Both the position numbers and the translations under genes were made by a program. A stretch of DNA of 64,000 bases from Gemmatimonadota bacterium. Lineage in GTDB: Bacteria > Gemmatimonadota > Gemmatimonadetes > JACCXV01 > JAHWKZ01. The stretch covers positions 4,173 to 68,172 of the forward strand of contig JBOHRQ010000005.1 in NCBI GenBank assembly GCA_050732875.1. Direction: 5' to 3'. The notes beneath the pieces are model-generated. The model was given only the letters and a program-made list of their open reading frames with translations. It was not told the origin of the DNA and made no database searches. Numbering within the stretch: the first letter of the stretch is position 1; each line of letters starts with the position of its first letter. Shown in pieces: positions 46,676-55,866 of this stretch.

Positions 46676-47471
46676 TCTTGGTGCCCCGGAGCTCGTCCAG
46701 GATCGCCTGGTCGGGGCCGGCGGGGTCGAGGCGGCGGCGGATCGGGTCCCAGCCGGCCCAGTCGAGCGGCTCGGCGAGCGACCATGCGCCGTCCGCCGCC
46801 GCGAGGCCGACCGCCGACGGATCGTCGAGGAGACCGGCGACGCGTCGGAAGAGCCGTTCGCGGAGATCCTCGTCACCCCTCTTCTTCAGCCCTTCCTCCA
46901 GCAACCTCGCGTCGTGATCCGGCGGACCGAAGAACGCCGCCGCATCCTCGAGCGCGCGCCGGAGGCTTTCCCGCGTGGCGTCCCGCGGGGCTCCCTGACG
47001 CCCCTCCATGAGCCGGACCCAGCCCTCGGCGTGAGCATGGTGGAACTTCTCCTCCATCAGCATCTTGCCGACCACGCGGGCCATCGGCTCCCAGGCCGAG
47101 TCGACGAAGGCGCTCAGGGCCAGGGACAGCGCCTGGTCCACGACCGCGTTGGCGGCGACGACGTCGGCCCAGCTCGCGAAGGGGCGGTCGAGAAACGCGA
47201 TCGAGGCGAATGCCTCCGGCGGGCGCGTGTCGTTCAGCGGATCCACCTCGAGGTCGAACTCGCGCTTGAGGATCCCGTTCAGGAGCCGCCCGTGGCCGAA
47301 CTCCTCCTGCGCCATCGAGCAGGCGGCGATCCCGGCCTCGATCGCGGGCGGACCGAACGTCCACTCGCCGTAGTGGTAGCCGAGAAGGAGCTTGGTGTCG
47401 CTGAACGCGACGATCGTGGATCGCAGCTGGTCGCGCGCAGCCTCGTCGAGGGCCGGCTCCTGAGGGCTCAC
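46653..47471 (-). CDS. paaC: 1,2-phenylacetyl-CoA epoxidase subunit C-like
   Basis: 272 aa from GTG 47469-47471 (GTGA overlap with paaB). ...LLLGYHYGEWTFGPPAIEAGIAACSMAQEEFGHGRLL... Confidence 0.8.
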   Translation of the reverse strand: MSPQEPALDEAARDQLRSTIVAFSDTKLLLGYHYGEWTFGPPAIEAGIAACSMAQEEFGHGRLLNGILKREFDLEVDPLNDTRPPEAFASIAFLDRPFASWADVVAANAVVDQALSLALSAFVDSAWEPMARVVGKMLMEEKFHHAHAEGWVRLMEGRQGAPRDATRESLRRALEDAAAFFGPPDHDARLLEEGLKKRGDEDLRERLFRRVAGLLDDPSAVGLAAADGAWSLAEPLDWAGWDPIRRRLDPAGPDQAILDELRGTKNVAFKTA

Positions 47472-47698
47472 GGCCCGCCGTCCGGCGATAGAGACGCGGG
47501 CAGATTCGCGGGGTGCGCGCTCACGATCGCCGAGCGGGGGACGACCCACATGTCCGCCCAGTCCTCCTCGTCGTAGATCTTCCAGGCATAGACGCGGGCG
47601 AGCTCGAGGTCGGGTGCGTTCAGGGTGCCGATGTGGGACATGGGGTCGCCGGGGGCGATCCGGCAGAAGACCTCGAAGACCTCCTCGCCTCGGGCCAT
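47468..47698 (-). CDS. paaB: 1,2-phenylacetyl-CoA epoxidase subunit B-like
   Basis: 76 aa. FEVFCRIAPGDPMSHIGTLNAPDLELARVYAWKIYDEEDW..MWVVPRSAI. Confidence 0.85.
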   Translation of the reverse strand: MARGEEVFEVFCRIAPGDPMSHIGTLNAPDLELARVYAWKIYDEEDWADMWVVPRSAIVSAHPANLPASLSPDGGP

Positions 47699-47706
47699 CC
47701 GCGCGG

Positions 47707-48027
47707 TCAGACGCTGAGGCCCGCGGCGTGGAGGAGCTGGCGCCCACGCGGGGAGAGCCGGGCCTTGGTCCAGGGCGGAGACCAGACGACTTCGATTTGG
47801 ACATTGGTCACGCCGGGGATCCCCCCGACGCCGGCCTGCACGTCCTCGAGGATCATCTCCATCCCCGGGCAGCCGATCGAGGTGAAGGTGAGGTCGATCA
47901 CGACCCCGCCGGCCTCGTCCACGGAGACATCGTACACCATCCCCATGTCGACCAGGGAGACGGGAAGCTCGGGATCGGTGATCCCGGCCAGCGCCTCCCA
48001 GACGGCGGCTTCGATCGATCGTGTCAT
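47707..48027 (-). CDS. paaD: DUF59 (metal-sulfur cluster assembly, PaaD N-terminal-like) protein
   Basis: 106 aa from ATG 48025-48027. VWEALAGITDPELPVSLVDMGMVYDV....V.IDLTFTSIGCPG.EMI.EDV. Confidence 0.8.
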   Translation of the reverse strand: MTRSIEAAVWEALAGITDPELPVSLVDMGMVYDVSVDEAGGVVIDLTFTSIGCPGMEMILEDVQAGVGGIPGVTNVQIEVVWSPPWTKARLSPRGRQLLHAAGLSV

Positions 48028-48130
48028 CGCGGGGAATCTACCGCCCGCCCCGGAGGTGGGACCAACGACCCACGCGCCTGCGACCGGCGGGGAGGGGGGC
48101 GCCGCTAGGCTGTCGCGCGTTTCCGGTTGT

Positions 48131-48243
48131 GGAAGGCCCACCTTCCCGGGCCCCGCGAACGCCAGCGTGAGCAGGACCGCGATCAGGAGGAGGTTGAACT
48201 CGTATCCTCCCTGACCGGGCCCGATTACGTAGAAACCGTTGCG
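48131..48243 (-). pseudogene. possible C-terminal remnant of a DoxX-family gene
   Basis: In-frame text NGFYVIGPGQGGYEFNLLLIAVLLTLAFAGPGKVGL resembles DoxX C-termini. No start, and no N-terminal part in the 248-nt gap between paaA and the DUF59 gene. Confidence 0.3.
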
Positions 48244-48275
48244 CCGTGGACCAGGAGGATGCCCGCGGCCATCGC

Positions 48276-49244
48276 CTACCGCCGCCCGGCCCCATTCCCG
48301 GCGCGGACCCCGTTCCCGCCGAAGAGATCGCTTCCGCGCCCCTGGATCATCTCTACGTAGCGCTGGTTCATGGGTCCGCGACCGCGCCAGCGGTCCCACA
48401 CCTGCTCCCAGGTAATCGTCTCTTCGAAGAGCCAGCGCTTCGCATCCGGATCGAACTCGCACGGCAGCTCGTACTCGAGGTCGTACTCGCCCGTGCCGGC
48501 GTTGTAGTGGGCGGGGATGTCGATGCCGATTTCCTCGGACAGCGGCACGATCGATTCCATCCAGGTCTGGCGGAGCTGGTCGTTGGTCTTGCCCTTCAGG
48601 CGGAACTCGAGCTGCCCCGAATGACGCTTGAGCTCGTCGGGAAGCCCGAACCACTCGATCCCCGTCGGGAACATCCAGTCGACGGCGCGCTGGAGCATCT
48701 CGCGGACCTCGCCGCCGGCCTTCGACAGCCGCCGCATCCACGACTCGCCGTGGCGGAGGTGGAAGTACTCCTCCTTGTCGACCTTGACGAGCGCACGCTT
48801 CAAGGGCCCGTAGGAGGTGTTCTCGTGGACGTCGGACAGGAGCACGATACCGGCGCGGTCGAAGAGGCCGTTGGCGACCGCCATCTCGGCCCAGTTCTCG
48901 AGCGCCTGGTCGAAGCCATACGGGTTCTTGAACTCGTCCGGTTGGCGGCCGAAGACGAGCTGCTCCTTGTCCTCGCCGAGGTCCTCCAGCAGGCGGTAGG
49001 CGATGTTCGCGTGCCCGAGTTCGTCCTGGATGACCGCGCTGACCGCGATGCGGCTCGAGATCGTGGGTGCGTCCTTGGCCGCCATGTAATACGCCGGCGC
49101 GCTCATCAGCTCGGTGTCGCCCTGGACCAGCATCTGGGTCTTCAGGGCCGAGAGGTAGCCGGGCGTCATGTCGTCCATCGACTCGACCACGAAGCCGTTG
49201 GCGATACGTTCCTTGAGGGTCTCGTCGGGGCTCGTTTCAGGCAT
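48276..49244 (-). CDS. paaA: 1,2-phenylacetyl-CoA epoxidase catalytic subunit A-like (di-iron)
   Basis: 322 aa. ...QGDTELMSAPAYY...IQDELGHANIAYRLLEDLG...VDKEEYFHLRHGESW... (ExxH di-iron motifs). Confidence 0.9.
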   Translation of the reverse strand: MPETSPDETLKERIANGFVVESMDDMTPGYLSALKTQMLVQGDTELMSAPAYYMAAKDAPTISSRIAVSAVIQDELGHANIAYRLLEDLGEDKEQLVFGRQPDEFKNPYGFDQALENWAEMAVANGLFDRAGIVLLSDVHENTSYGPLKRALVKVDKEEYFHLRHGESWMRRLSKAGGEVREMLQRAVDWMFPTGIEWFGLPDELKRHSGQLEFRLKGKTNDQLRQTWMESIVPLSEEIGIDIPAHYNAGTGEYDLEYELPCEFDPDAKRWLFEETITWEQVWDRWRGRGPMNQRYVEMIQGRGSDLFGGNGVRAGNGAGRR

Positions 49245-49252
49245 GGATCACC

Positions 49253-49756
49253 TCACGGATGAGTCTTCCAGATCTCGGCATACGTTCGTACCCAGCCGGC
49301 GGCCGAATGAGCCGGATGCGGCCCGGTCGCCAGATCGAGGTACGCATCGCCCTTGGATGCGTGGAGCACGTCGGAGGGCGGATCGGCCGGCCCCATCTGC
49401 ACCGTCCATCCCGCCTCCTCCAGGGCGTCGCGGTACCAGCCAAAGACGGTGCCCGGCTCGCCCTGGGCGACGATCGTCACCGTGCTCCACGTGCCGGTCG
49501 AGCCCTCGCGGGCCGTCGCTTCGACCACCGTGCTCTCGGGCGCGATGGGAAAGTCGTCCGGGAAATCGCTGGGCAGCTCGACCGGCGTGAAGACGGGCTC
49601 CACTGCGTTCGCGCCCTCGGCCCCGGCCGTGTCCCTCGATGAGTCGGCGTGCGCCACGCTGGCGGGTCCGGCGTCCTTGACCCTATCGTCCCGCTCCCCG
49701 CCGCAAGCGGAGAGCGAACAGAGCAGACCGAGCGCGGCAATCGCCCGCAGGGTCAT
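49253..49756 (-). CDS. lipoprotein of unknown function
   Basis: 167 aa from ATG 49754-49756 (RBS GAGAGG). Lipobox LSACGG. No recognised domain. Confidence 0.6.
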   Translation of the reverse strand: MTLRAIAALGLLCSLSACGGERDDRVKDAGPASVAHADSSRDTAGAEGANAVEPVFTPVELPSDFPDDFPIAPESTVVEATAREGSTGTWSTVTIVAQGEPGTVFGWYRDALEEAGWTVQMGPADPPSDVLHASKGDAYLDLATGPHPAHSAAGWVRTYAEIWKTHP

Positions 49757-50368
49757 CGATGCCTCTCGGATGGCGGCACGGACACGGAGTCGAGGGGAGA
49801 GCGTACGGAGAGCCCGCAGAAGCGTCAAGGCCGGCGGGCCTGGACCGTCGGCCACTCCAACCTGTCTCTGGCCGATTTCCTTGCGCTCATCGAGCGCCAG
49901 CGGATCGAGCGTGTGGCCGACGTCCGGCGCTATCCGGCCTCGCGACGGCACGGTCATTTCGATTCGGCGGCGCTGGAAAAGGCGCTTCTGGCGCGGGGGA
50001 TCGGTTATCGGTGGTTCGAGGACCTGGGGGGACGGCGCAGCGGGTCGGGGCCTGGCTCGCCGAACGAGGGAATCGAGAACGCGGGTTTCCGCGGCTATGC
50101 CGATTACATGCTGACCCCACGATTCGCGCACGCCTTCGATGCCCTGGTCGACGAGCTCGACCTCGGACGCACCGCGCTCATGTGCGCGGAGGCTCTGTGG
50201 TGGCGATGTCATCGGCGGCTCCTGAGCGATCTCCTGGTACACCGTGGGACAAAGGTGATCCACCTCCTCCCGGACGATCGCACCGCGCGTCACGAGCTGT
50301 GGGATCTCGCGCGTCCCACCCCTGAAGGGTTAGTCTATCCTCCCATCCAATCCGAGCTGGAGATCTGA
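49649..50368 (+). CDS. DUF488-family protein (start uncertain)
   Basis: Core AWTVGHSNLSLADFLALIERQRIERVADVRRYP.SRRHGHF....L...L...GI.Y.W...LGGRR ... CAEALWWRCHRRLL. No canonical start close to the core, and the track start GTG 49649 overlaps the opposite-strand lipoprotein gene. Confidence 0.65.
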   Translation: MRHAGGSGVLDPIVPLPAASGERTEQTERGNRPQGHRCLSDGGTDTESRGERTESPQKRQGRRAWTVGHSNLSLADFLALIERQRIERVADVRRYPASRRHGHFDSAALEKALLARGIGYRWFEDLGGRRSGSGPGSPNEGIENAGFRGYADYMLTPRFAHAFDALVDELDLGRTALMCAEALWWRCHRRLLSDLLVHRGTKVIHLLPDDRTARHELWDLARPTPEGLVYPPIQSELEI

Positions 50369-50413
50369 CCGGGTCCCGGGAAGGCCGTCGCGTTCCGAGG
50401 CGCGAGGTGACGA

Positions 50414-51010
50414 ATGAGGGAGCTTGCAACCGGCGTTCACGGCTGGAGCGTCTACTCCGAGCGTCTGGGATACGACCTGAACGGCTTCGCATGGCGGGCT
50501 GTTCGCCAGACCGTGGTCGTCGACCCTCCGGATCTCACCCCGCCCGCCGAGCGTTTCTTCGACGAAGGTGGCTGGCCGGCTCTGATCGTCGTCACGAACC
50601 GGACCCACTGGCGGGCCACCGACGCGCTCCGGACGCGATCGGGGGCGGCGGTCGCCCTGAGCGCCGTGGACGCGGACTCCGTGGAAGGCACGGTCGACCG
50701 GATCCTGACGCCCGGCGAGGAGCTGCCCGGCGGCTGGCGCGTGCTCGACATGGCCGGAAAGACCCTCGGGGAGATCGGGCTCTTCCGGAAGGTAGAGGGG
50801 GGCGTCCTGCTCCTCGGAGACAGCCTGATCGGCGATCCGCCCGGCCGATTGCGGCTCCTCCCCGACGAGAAGATCGAGGACAGGGAGCTGCTCGTCGCCG
50901 CGCTGGAAAGGATCGCGGACCTCGATTTCGAGGTCCTTCTCCTGGGCGACGGGCAGCCCGTTCTGGAAGGCGCCGCAGGCCGCGTGCGGGCCTTCCTGCG
51001 CTCGCTCTAG
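50414..51010 (+). CDS. MBL-fold-like protein with degenerate metal motif
   Basis: 198 aa. RBS GAGGTGA. Fold-like layout, but the HxHxDH position reads TNRTHWR. Confidence 0.5.
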   Translation: MRELATGVHGWSVYSERLGYDLNGFAWRAVRQTVVVDPPDLTPPAERFFDEGGWPALIVVTNRTHWRATDALRTRSGAAVALSAVDADSVEGTVDRILTPGEELPGGWRVLDMAGKTLGEIGLFRKVEGGVLLLGDSLIGDPPGRLRLLPDEKIEDRELLVAALERIADLDFEVLLLGDGQPVLEGAAGRVRAFLRSL

Positions 51011-51012
51011 CG

Positions 51013-51990
51013 GTGTCCTCGGCACTCGAGATCCTCTTCGTCATCGACCCTCTCGAAGCCCTCATCCTCGAGACCGAGACGTCGCTCCTCCTGATGAGCG
51101 AGGCCGCCCGGCGCGGGCACGCGCCCTGGATCACCTATCTGCGCGAGCTCTATCTGCAGGATTCAACGGCCCGCACGCGCGCGCGGCCGATCGCCATCGA
51201 CGAGAGCCTGCGTCCCTTCTATCGACTGGGATCCGCCGAGGACCGCGCGGTCGACTCGTTCGCCATCGTCCTGATGCGCAAGGATCCGCCGGTCGACGTC
51301 GACTATCACAACGCGCTGGCGATCCTCTCGCGCGCGCGGGGCAGCGTGCCCGTCCTCAATGACCCGGTCGGGATGTGCCGGAGCAACGAGAAGCTCCTGC
51401 CGCTCGAAATCACGGGGGCCGCCCCGCCCTCCGTGGTCACCGCCGACCCGGAGGTCGCCGCCGCGTTCGTCCGCGAGCACGGGGACGTCGTGCTGAAGCC
51501 GCTCAACGAGTACAGCGGTCACGGCATCCGCAGGGTGCGCGTTCCGGAGAGCGCCTTCGACTCCGGCATTCTCGAGTCGCTGGCCGCCCAGCCCGGCCGC
51601 CACGTGCTTCTCCAGCGCTTCCTGTGCGACGTGGAAAAAGGGGACAAGCGGGTCCTGGTGCTGGACGGAGAGGCGCTGGGGTGGGTCAACCGGGTGCCTC
51701 GGCCGGGCTCCTTTTACGCCAACATCCATCAGGGCGCGGTCGTCGAGTCGACCGAGCTGACCGGGCGCGAGCGGGAGCTCATCCTGAGCGCCGGTCCCCT
51801 GCTGGCCGAGCGGGGCCTCGAGATGACCGGATTCGACTTCATCGGGGGCTGGCTTACGGAGATCAACTTCACCAGCCCTTCCGCCCTTCGGCAGATCGAC
51901 CAGGTGATGAAGAACCGCCTCGAGACACGGGTCCTCGATTATCTGGAGCGCCGCGCGGCGGAGGGCGTGCGCATGCCCCTGCCCGTGTGA
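51013..51990 (+). CDS. gshB: glutathione synthetase (prokaryotic ATP-grasp type)
   Basis: 325 aa from GTG 51013. ILFVIDPLE.L....DTS..LM.EA..RGH.........L...... then ...VVLKPL...GG.GI.R... and ...EIN.TSP. Confidence 0.85.
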   Translation: MSSALEILFVIDPLEALILETETSLLLMSEAARRGHAPWITYLRELYLQDSTARTRARPIAIDESLRPFYRLGSAEDRAVDSFAIVLMRKDPPVDVDYHNALAILSRARGSVPVLNDPVGMCRSNEKLLPLEITGAAPPSVVTADPEVAAAFVREHGDVVLKPLNEYSGHGIRRVRVPESAFDSGILESLAAQPGRHVLLQRFLCDVEKGDKRVLVLDGEALGWVNRVPRPGSFYANIHQGAVVESTELTGRERELILSAGPLLAERGLEMTGFDFIGGWLTEINFTSPSALRQIDQVMKNRLETRVLDYLERRAAEGVRMPLPV

Positions 51991-52064
51991 GGACCGCGAC
52001 CCCCAGCGCTATGGGGAAGCCCCCGGAGGAACGGCACCACAGAAGGAAGCGGCATCAGAAAGAA

Positions 52065-52092
52065 GGGGCGCCCGGTTCGCACCGGGCGCCCC
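52065..52092. terminator. bidirectional GC-rich hairpin between convergent gshB and the porin gene
   Basis: GGGGCGCCCGG-ttcgca-CCGGGCGCCCC, perfect 11-bp stem. Confidence 0.65.
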
Positions 52093-52125
52093 TCATGCGC
52101 GCTTAGCGCGTTACCTCAGGCGCGA

Positions 52126-52689
52126 TCAGAAGAGGAACGAGATCCCGCCCGAGAACTCGAAGTTGTTCGTCGCCTCGCTGTCGTCGTCGCCCGAGTCGAC
52201 GAAGATGATGTTGTCGCGGACCTCGCCACGCAGCGCCCAGCCCGCGTTAGCGGGCGAGCCGTTATACCACTTCACCCCGCCTGCCAGCGGGAGCAAAAGA
52301 TTGGTTTCGCTGTCCTCGAAGGGTTCGGGAACGTCGGACACCTTGATGGTCGCAGCTCCGACGCCGGTTCCGACGAAGAACTTGAGCGGGCTCGTGGTCG
52401 GGAACATGTATTCGAGCCCAAAGCTGTAGAGGTACATATTCACATCGAAGTCGTCCCCCCCGAAGTCGGCGTTGGAGGGGACCCAATCGAAGTTGCCGCC
52501 CCAGGCAAGCCCGCTGTTGTACTGGAGCATCATCCGCGCGCCCAGGATGCCGTCAGTGTCGTCGGCGTCGTCCAGGGCCAGAGCCCCTCCGTGCAGGTTC
52601 AGCTCGTACCAGTTCTGGGCCCGTGCGGGTTCCGCCGTGAGCAGGGCGACCAGCAGCCCCAGGGCCGCGACCAACGATAGCCGGTGCAT
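52126..52689 (-). CDS. small outer-membrane beta-barrel protein, paralogue 1
   Basis: 187 aa from ATG 52687-52689. Signal ...TAEPARAQ. Alternating beta-strand pattern. C-terminal NFEFSGGISFLF with terminal aromatic residue. Confidence 0.75.
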   Translation of the reverse strand: MHRLSLVAALGLLVALLTAEPARAQNWYELNLHGGALALDDADDTDGILGARMMLQYNSGLAWGGNFDWVPSNADFGGDDFDVNMYLYSFGLEYMFPTTSPLKFFVGTGVGAATIKVSDVPEPFEDSETNLLLPLAGGVKWYNGSPANAGWALRGEVRDNIIFVDSGDDDSEATNNFEFSGGISFLF

Positions 52690-52872
52690 GGAATCACCTC
52701 TCGAGTTGAGGTCCACGATGAGAAACTCGTGCATGGGTACCCGGCGTCCGGCGGTCATGTTCCGACCATAACCTAAGTAGAAAAGCATGTATATATCCGA
52801 CGGCTATATATAGTGATCAAGATTGAGAGAACAGCATCATATCCATCAAGCTGGCTACGCTCCGAAGAAGGG

Positions 52873-53514
52873 CTACGCTCCGAAGAAGAACGAGATGCCG
52901 CCCGAGAGCTCGAGGTTGTGGGTGGCCTCAGGATCGACGTCCCCCTCGTCGGTATCGAAACGGTCCCGCCAGATGATGTTGTCGCGAACCTCGGCGCGGA
53001 ACGCCCAGCTCTGGCGCGTCGTCCGGCTGAACCACTTCAGGCCGACGGCGAGCGGGACGAGGAAGTCCGTCTCGCTGTCGTCGAGGCTCGAGGGCGCGTC
53101 CTCGAGGCTGATCGTCGCGGCTCCGACGCCGCCTCCCAGGAAAAGGTGGAGGCGGTTCGGGGACGGGAACGTGTAATCCACCTCCGCGCTGTACAGAAAC
53201 ACGTTGATGTCGAGGTCTTCGTCGTCCGCCGAGGGGCCCAGGTCGATCTGCGCGGCGGGAACCCAGTCCAGGTTCGCGCCGAACCCCCATCCGGGGGCGG
53301 TATTGTAGAGGAAGCGCAGGCCGACCATCCCGTCGGTATCGTCGGCCTCCCCGAGCGAGCTCGCGAACTCGTCGTCGAGAAAGAGCGCGCCGGCATGGAG
53401 GTTGAACTCGTAGTTGTTGTCGTGGTAATGGGAAGCCGGGGACTGGGCCTGGACGGTGCGTGGCATGAGCCCGAGCGCGAGCAGCGCCCCGAGCACGAAG
53501 CCGGCGGTCTTCAT
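52873..53514 (-). CDS. small outer-membrane beta-barrel protein, paralogue 2
   Basis: 213 aa. Signal ...PRTVQAQ. YEFNLHAGALFLDD..., VRDNIIWRD, C-terminal NLELSGGISFFFGA. Colinear with paralogues 1 and 3. Confidence 0.75.
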   Translation of the reverse strand: MKTAGFVLGALLALGLMPRTVQAQSPASHYHDNNYEFNLHAGALFLDDEFASSLGEADDTDGMVGLRFLYNTAPGWGFGANLDWVPAAQIDLGPSADDEDLDINVFLYSAEVDYTFPSPNRLHLFLGGGVGAATISLEDAPSSLDDSETDFLVPLAVGLKWFSRTTRQSWAFRAEVRDNIIWRDRFDTDEGDVDPEATHNLELSGGISFFFGA

Positions 53515-53650
53515 CGATCGCTCCCTTCGCCTTGGTTTGCGGGATGGGGCTATGTCATGGTTCGAATGCGAGCGGTGGGGTGGTCGAAAAGGTAGGCGTG
53601 GCGTCCCCGGGCGGGCAACGCGGCCCTACCACGAACGGTGTCCCGGGATG

Positions 53651-53658
53651 GATCCGGA
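53651..53658. repeat. left copy of the 8-bp target-site duplication GATCCGGA
   Basis: Immediately outside IR-L; identical octamer at 56567-56574 immediately outside IR-R. Confidence 0.75.
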
Positions 53659-53680
53659 GGTAGTGGGTCAGTTTGAATGA
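53659..53680. repeat. IR-L of the IS1-family element
   Basis: ggtagtgggtcagtttgaatga; contains the transposase stop codon. Confidence 0.8.
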
Positions 53681-54516
53681 CCCGCCCTCTCCCGGTCCTC
53701 CAGGAGCGCCACAATGTCCTCGATCTTCCAGAGATGGTCGGTTACGCCCGCCGCCATAGCCGGGGTCATCCGGAGGCTCCGATGTATCCGGCAGTAGTTG
53801 TAGTACATGGAATGTAGGGCCACGGCGTGCGCCAGATTCGACCTTCTTGGAGAAGGCGTTTTAGCCGGGTGAACCGCCGCATGGACATACGCATCGTGAG
53901 GTTCTGCCGCTCCACGTAGGATGTACTGATACGGTGTGGGTCGGGATTGCCCTGGATCGTCTCAATGTCGATCCCGATGCACTTGGCCGGACTGTACCGC
54001 TTCTGCGGCTCGGGGTCGGTCCCGTAGATCTTCTGGAGCATAGCGTAGTCTACGCCCGCCCCGAAGGCGTCCTCGACGGCGCTCAGATACATGGAGTGCC
54101 TGTCCGTCGTGATCTGCGCCCGGCTGGCGAGCCGGGAGGCCAGGTCCTGCATGAAGTCGGTCGCCGTCCCCACGTCCCGCGAGCCGATCCGCCAAGTCGG
54201 GACGAGCTTTGAATCGGCGCAGATCGCCGTGAACGTCCAAACGTCCCCGTAGCCGAACGTCCGTTTGTACTCGTCGCGCAGGTTCTTCTGCTTCGCGTGG
54301 CAGAACGACCATATTTCATCACATTCCAACACTTGCAGGAGAGATCCAGTAGCTGCTCGTCCTGGTAGTCGGCGCAAACCGCGCCCAGGTCCCGTAGGAG
54401 CTTCAAGACCGTCCCTTTCGCCGTGTCGGTCATCCGGCAGGTCGCCCGGATCGAATTGCCCTCGACCAGGGCGGCGACGATCTGGCAACGCTTCTCTCTC
54501 TACTCAGCTTGTTCAT
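53668..54516 (-). pseudogene. IS1-family transposase gene broken by at least four frameshifts
   Basis: Consecutive family text lies in different frames. (1) MNKLSRE (ATG 54514-16; extra GA in the gagagagaag run). (2) EKRCQIVAALVEGNSIRATCRMTDTAKGTVLKLLRDLGAVCADYQDEQLLDLSCK. (3) LECDEIWSFCHAKQKNL...ISTSYVERQNLTMRMSMRRFTRL. (4) NAFSKKVE. (5) NLAHAVALHSMYYNYCRIHRSLRMTPAMAAGVTDHLWKIEDIVALLE...HSN*. Confidence 0.8.
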
Positions 54517-54582
54517 GGTTATAGTATACCTGACCGGTCAAGCATTTGTCAAGAGTACCTTCAAACCAGGAAGGGCGTACCC

Positions 54583-55062
54583 TTACGCTTCTACGGCCAC
54601 CCTGGACTGTTCTTCTGTCTGGATTTCTTGTCTCTCCGGTCGGAACACAGGAATGACGATGCCCCCCAGGCCCACCCGCGCCCCAATGGATTGCACACAT
54701 TCGCGCAGGTACGGCCAAGCATTATACGGCCCGTTCAATTCAGCGAAGTATTTCAGGGCGTCTTCCGGATAGGTCGCAGCACTCTCCAGCCGGTAGATGA
54801 GATCAAAGCCCACTTCGAGGAGCATGAGATTTTCGCCACCATCCTCGGCATTCACTTCAAAGCGCTGATCCACTCGAACAAAAATATGGTTGGGATGCTC
54901 GTCCGGAAGCCGGTACGCGGCACGGAAGCCAAGGGAAATCCCCATCTCCGCAGGAACGGCAAGGGGATCGAGATTCGTCGTCAGGTCAGCGGACGCCAGG
55001 GTCACGGACTCCAATTGAACCTGGCGCGCAACAATGCTCGCTCGTTCGATATTCGTAGTCAT
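54583..55062 (-). CDS. SecB-like chaperone (TAC-system chaperone)
   Basis: 159 aa. ...LMLLEVGFDLIYRL...LKYFAELNGPYNAWPYLRECVQSIGARVGLGGIVIPVF parallels E. coli SecB ...[32 protein letters not shown]. Confidence 0.8.
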   Translation of the reverse strand: MTTNIERASIVARQVQLESVTLASADLTTNLDPLAVPAEMGISLGFRAAYRLPDEHPNHIFVRVDQRFEVNAEDGGENLMLLEVGFDLIYRLESAATYPEDALKYFAELNGPYNAWPYLRECVQSIGARVGLGGIVIPVFRPERQEIQTEEQSRVAVEA

Positions 55063-55071
55063 AGTGCCCGC

Positions 55072-55458
55072 CTAGGCCACAAGCGTGTAGTTGTCCGGGA
55101 CAGGGCGCTCCGGATTGTCTTGGGCCGCGATCTTCTTGGGCTGTGGATAGCGCACCAGTCGAACCGGATGCTCAAAGTACTCTCCGACTTTCAGCGGTTC
55201 AAAATCGACCCGAACCCTGCTATCACAGGAGAACGCAAGATTCGCCAAAGTCCGAAGCGTCATGTTTCGGGACCCCCCCAGGACTTGAGTGATGTGAGAG
55301 GGGGTCGTTTCAAGATCGCGCGCCATATCGGCCTTGCTCTTTCCAGCCGTCTTCATGGCCCGAGCGACGATCTCCGTCGCCCACACAATCAGACGTTCCT
55401 GTTCATAAAGCCGTCGATTGGTGGGATTCCTGAGGATCTGCTTCATCCGCTCGTTCAT
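55072..55458 (-). CDS. higA: HigA-like XRE-family HTH antitoxin with a C-terminal extension
   Basis: 128 aa. HTH KSKADMARDLETTPSHITQVLGGSRNMTLRTLANLA. An approx. 50-aa tail beyond the HTH (candidate chaperone-addiction segment). 4-nt overlap with the toxin gene. Confidence 0.8.
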   Translation of the reverse strand: MNERMKQILRNPTNRRLYEQERLIVWATEIVARAMKTAGKSKADMARDLETTPSHITQVLGGSRNMTLRTLANLAFSCDSRVRVDFEPLKVGEYFEHPVRLVRYPQPKKIAAQDNPERPVPDNYTLVA

Positions 55459-55832
55459 TTGCGCCTCTCCAAAGCCTTAAAGTAGGCGGCCCTTACGTTC
55501 TCAGCTTTAGTAATGTCAGCCTTCTTATGCTTGTGCTTCTTCTTTTTCGTCCCATCGACCAGAATGAATTCTTTCCTCGGAGTAAAGAACCCCAGGATTC
55601 TGACCTGATGATGCTTAACCTCGAAGATTCCTTCGGAACCCTCGATCTTCTTGAATCGTTCCTTGTTGTGCAGCACGCCTTCATCGCCCAGCTTCTCAAA
55701 AGTCGGCTGCAGACTAGCGCTTTCCGAGTCCGAGAGAGAGCGGATGAAGTCGTCGGCTGGACAGCTGCCATCCTGGTATTCAACGCAGCGTATGGTCAGC
55801 TTACGCCCTTCATAGACAGGTTCCCTAGCCAC
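55455..55832 (-). CDS. higB: HigB/RelE-superfamily toxin (phage Gp49-like, DUF891 type)
   Basis: 125 aa, GTG start. ...KKIEGSEGIFEVKHHQVRILGFFTPRKEFILVDGTKKKKHK..KADITKAENVRAAY matches the Gp49-like pattern. Intact reading frame. Confidence 0.78.
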   Translation of the reverse strand: MAREPVYEGRKLTIRCVEYQDGSCPADDFIRSLSDSESASLQPTFEKLGDEGVLHNKERFKKIEGSEGIFEVKHHQVRILGFFTPRKEFILVDGTKKKKHKHKKADITKAENVRAAYFKALERRK

Positions 55833-55866
55833 ACGTTCGACAGGTAGCGTCCATCATGGGCCTGGA

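Noticed and set aside
50414-51010. MBL-like protein with TNRTHWR instead of HxHxDH as a possible novel pseudo-enzyme
   Set aside because: It is annotated as a feature, but I cannot align the fold reliably by eye. The apparent motif loss may be a mis-alignment, so it is not promoted to a finding.
53651-53660. 10-bp target duplication GATCCGGAGG
   Set aside because: The last GG on the left is also the first two bases of the 22-bp inverted repeat. With 22-bp IRs the duplication abutting both ends is the 8-bp GATCCGGA, which also fits IS1-family behaviour better.
54280-54330. Possibility that the break between the HTH part and the DDE part of the IS1-family transposase is a programmed -1 frameshift, as in IS1 insA/insB
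   Set aside because: The direction (-1) and location fit, but I saw no A6C-type slippery site. At least three further frame breaks (the 5' GA run and two in the C-terminal third) cannot be programmed, so the gene is called a pseudogene.
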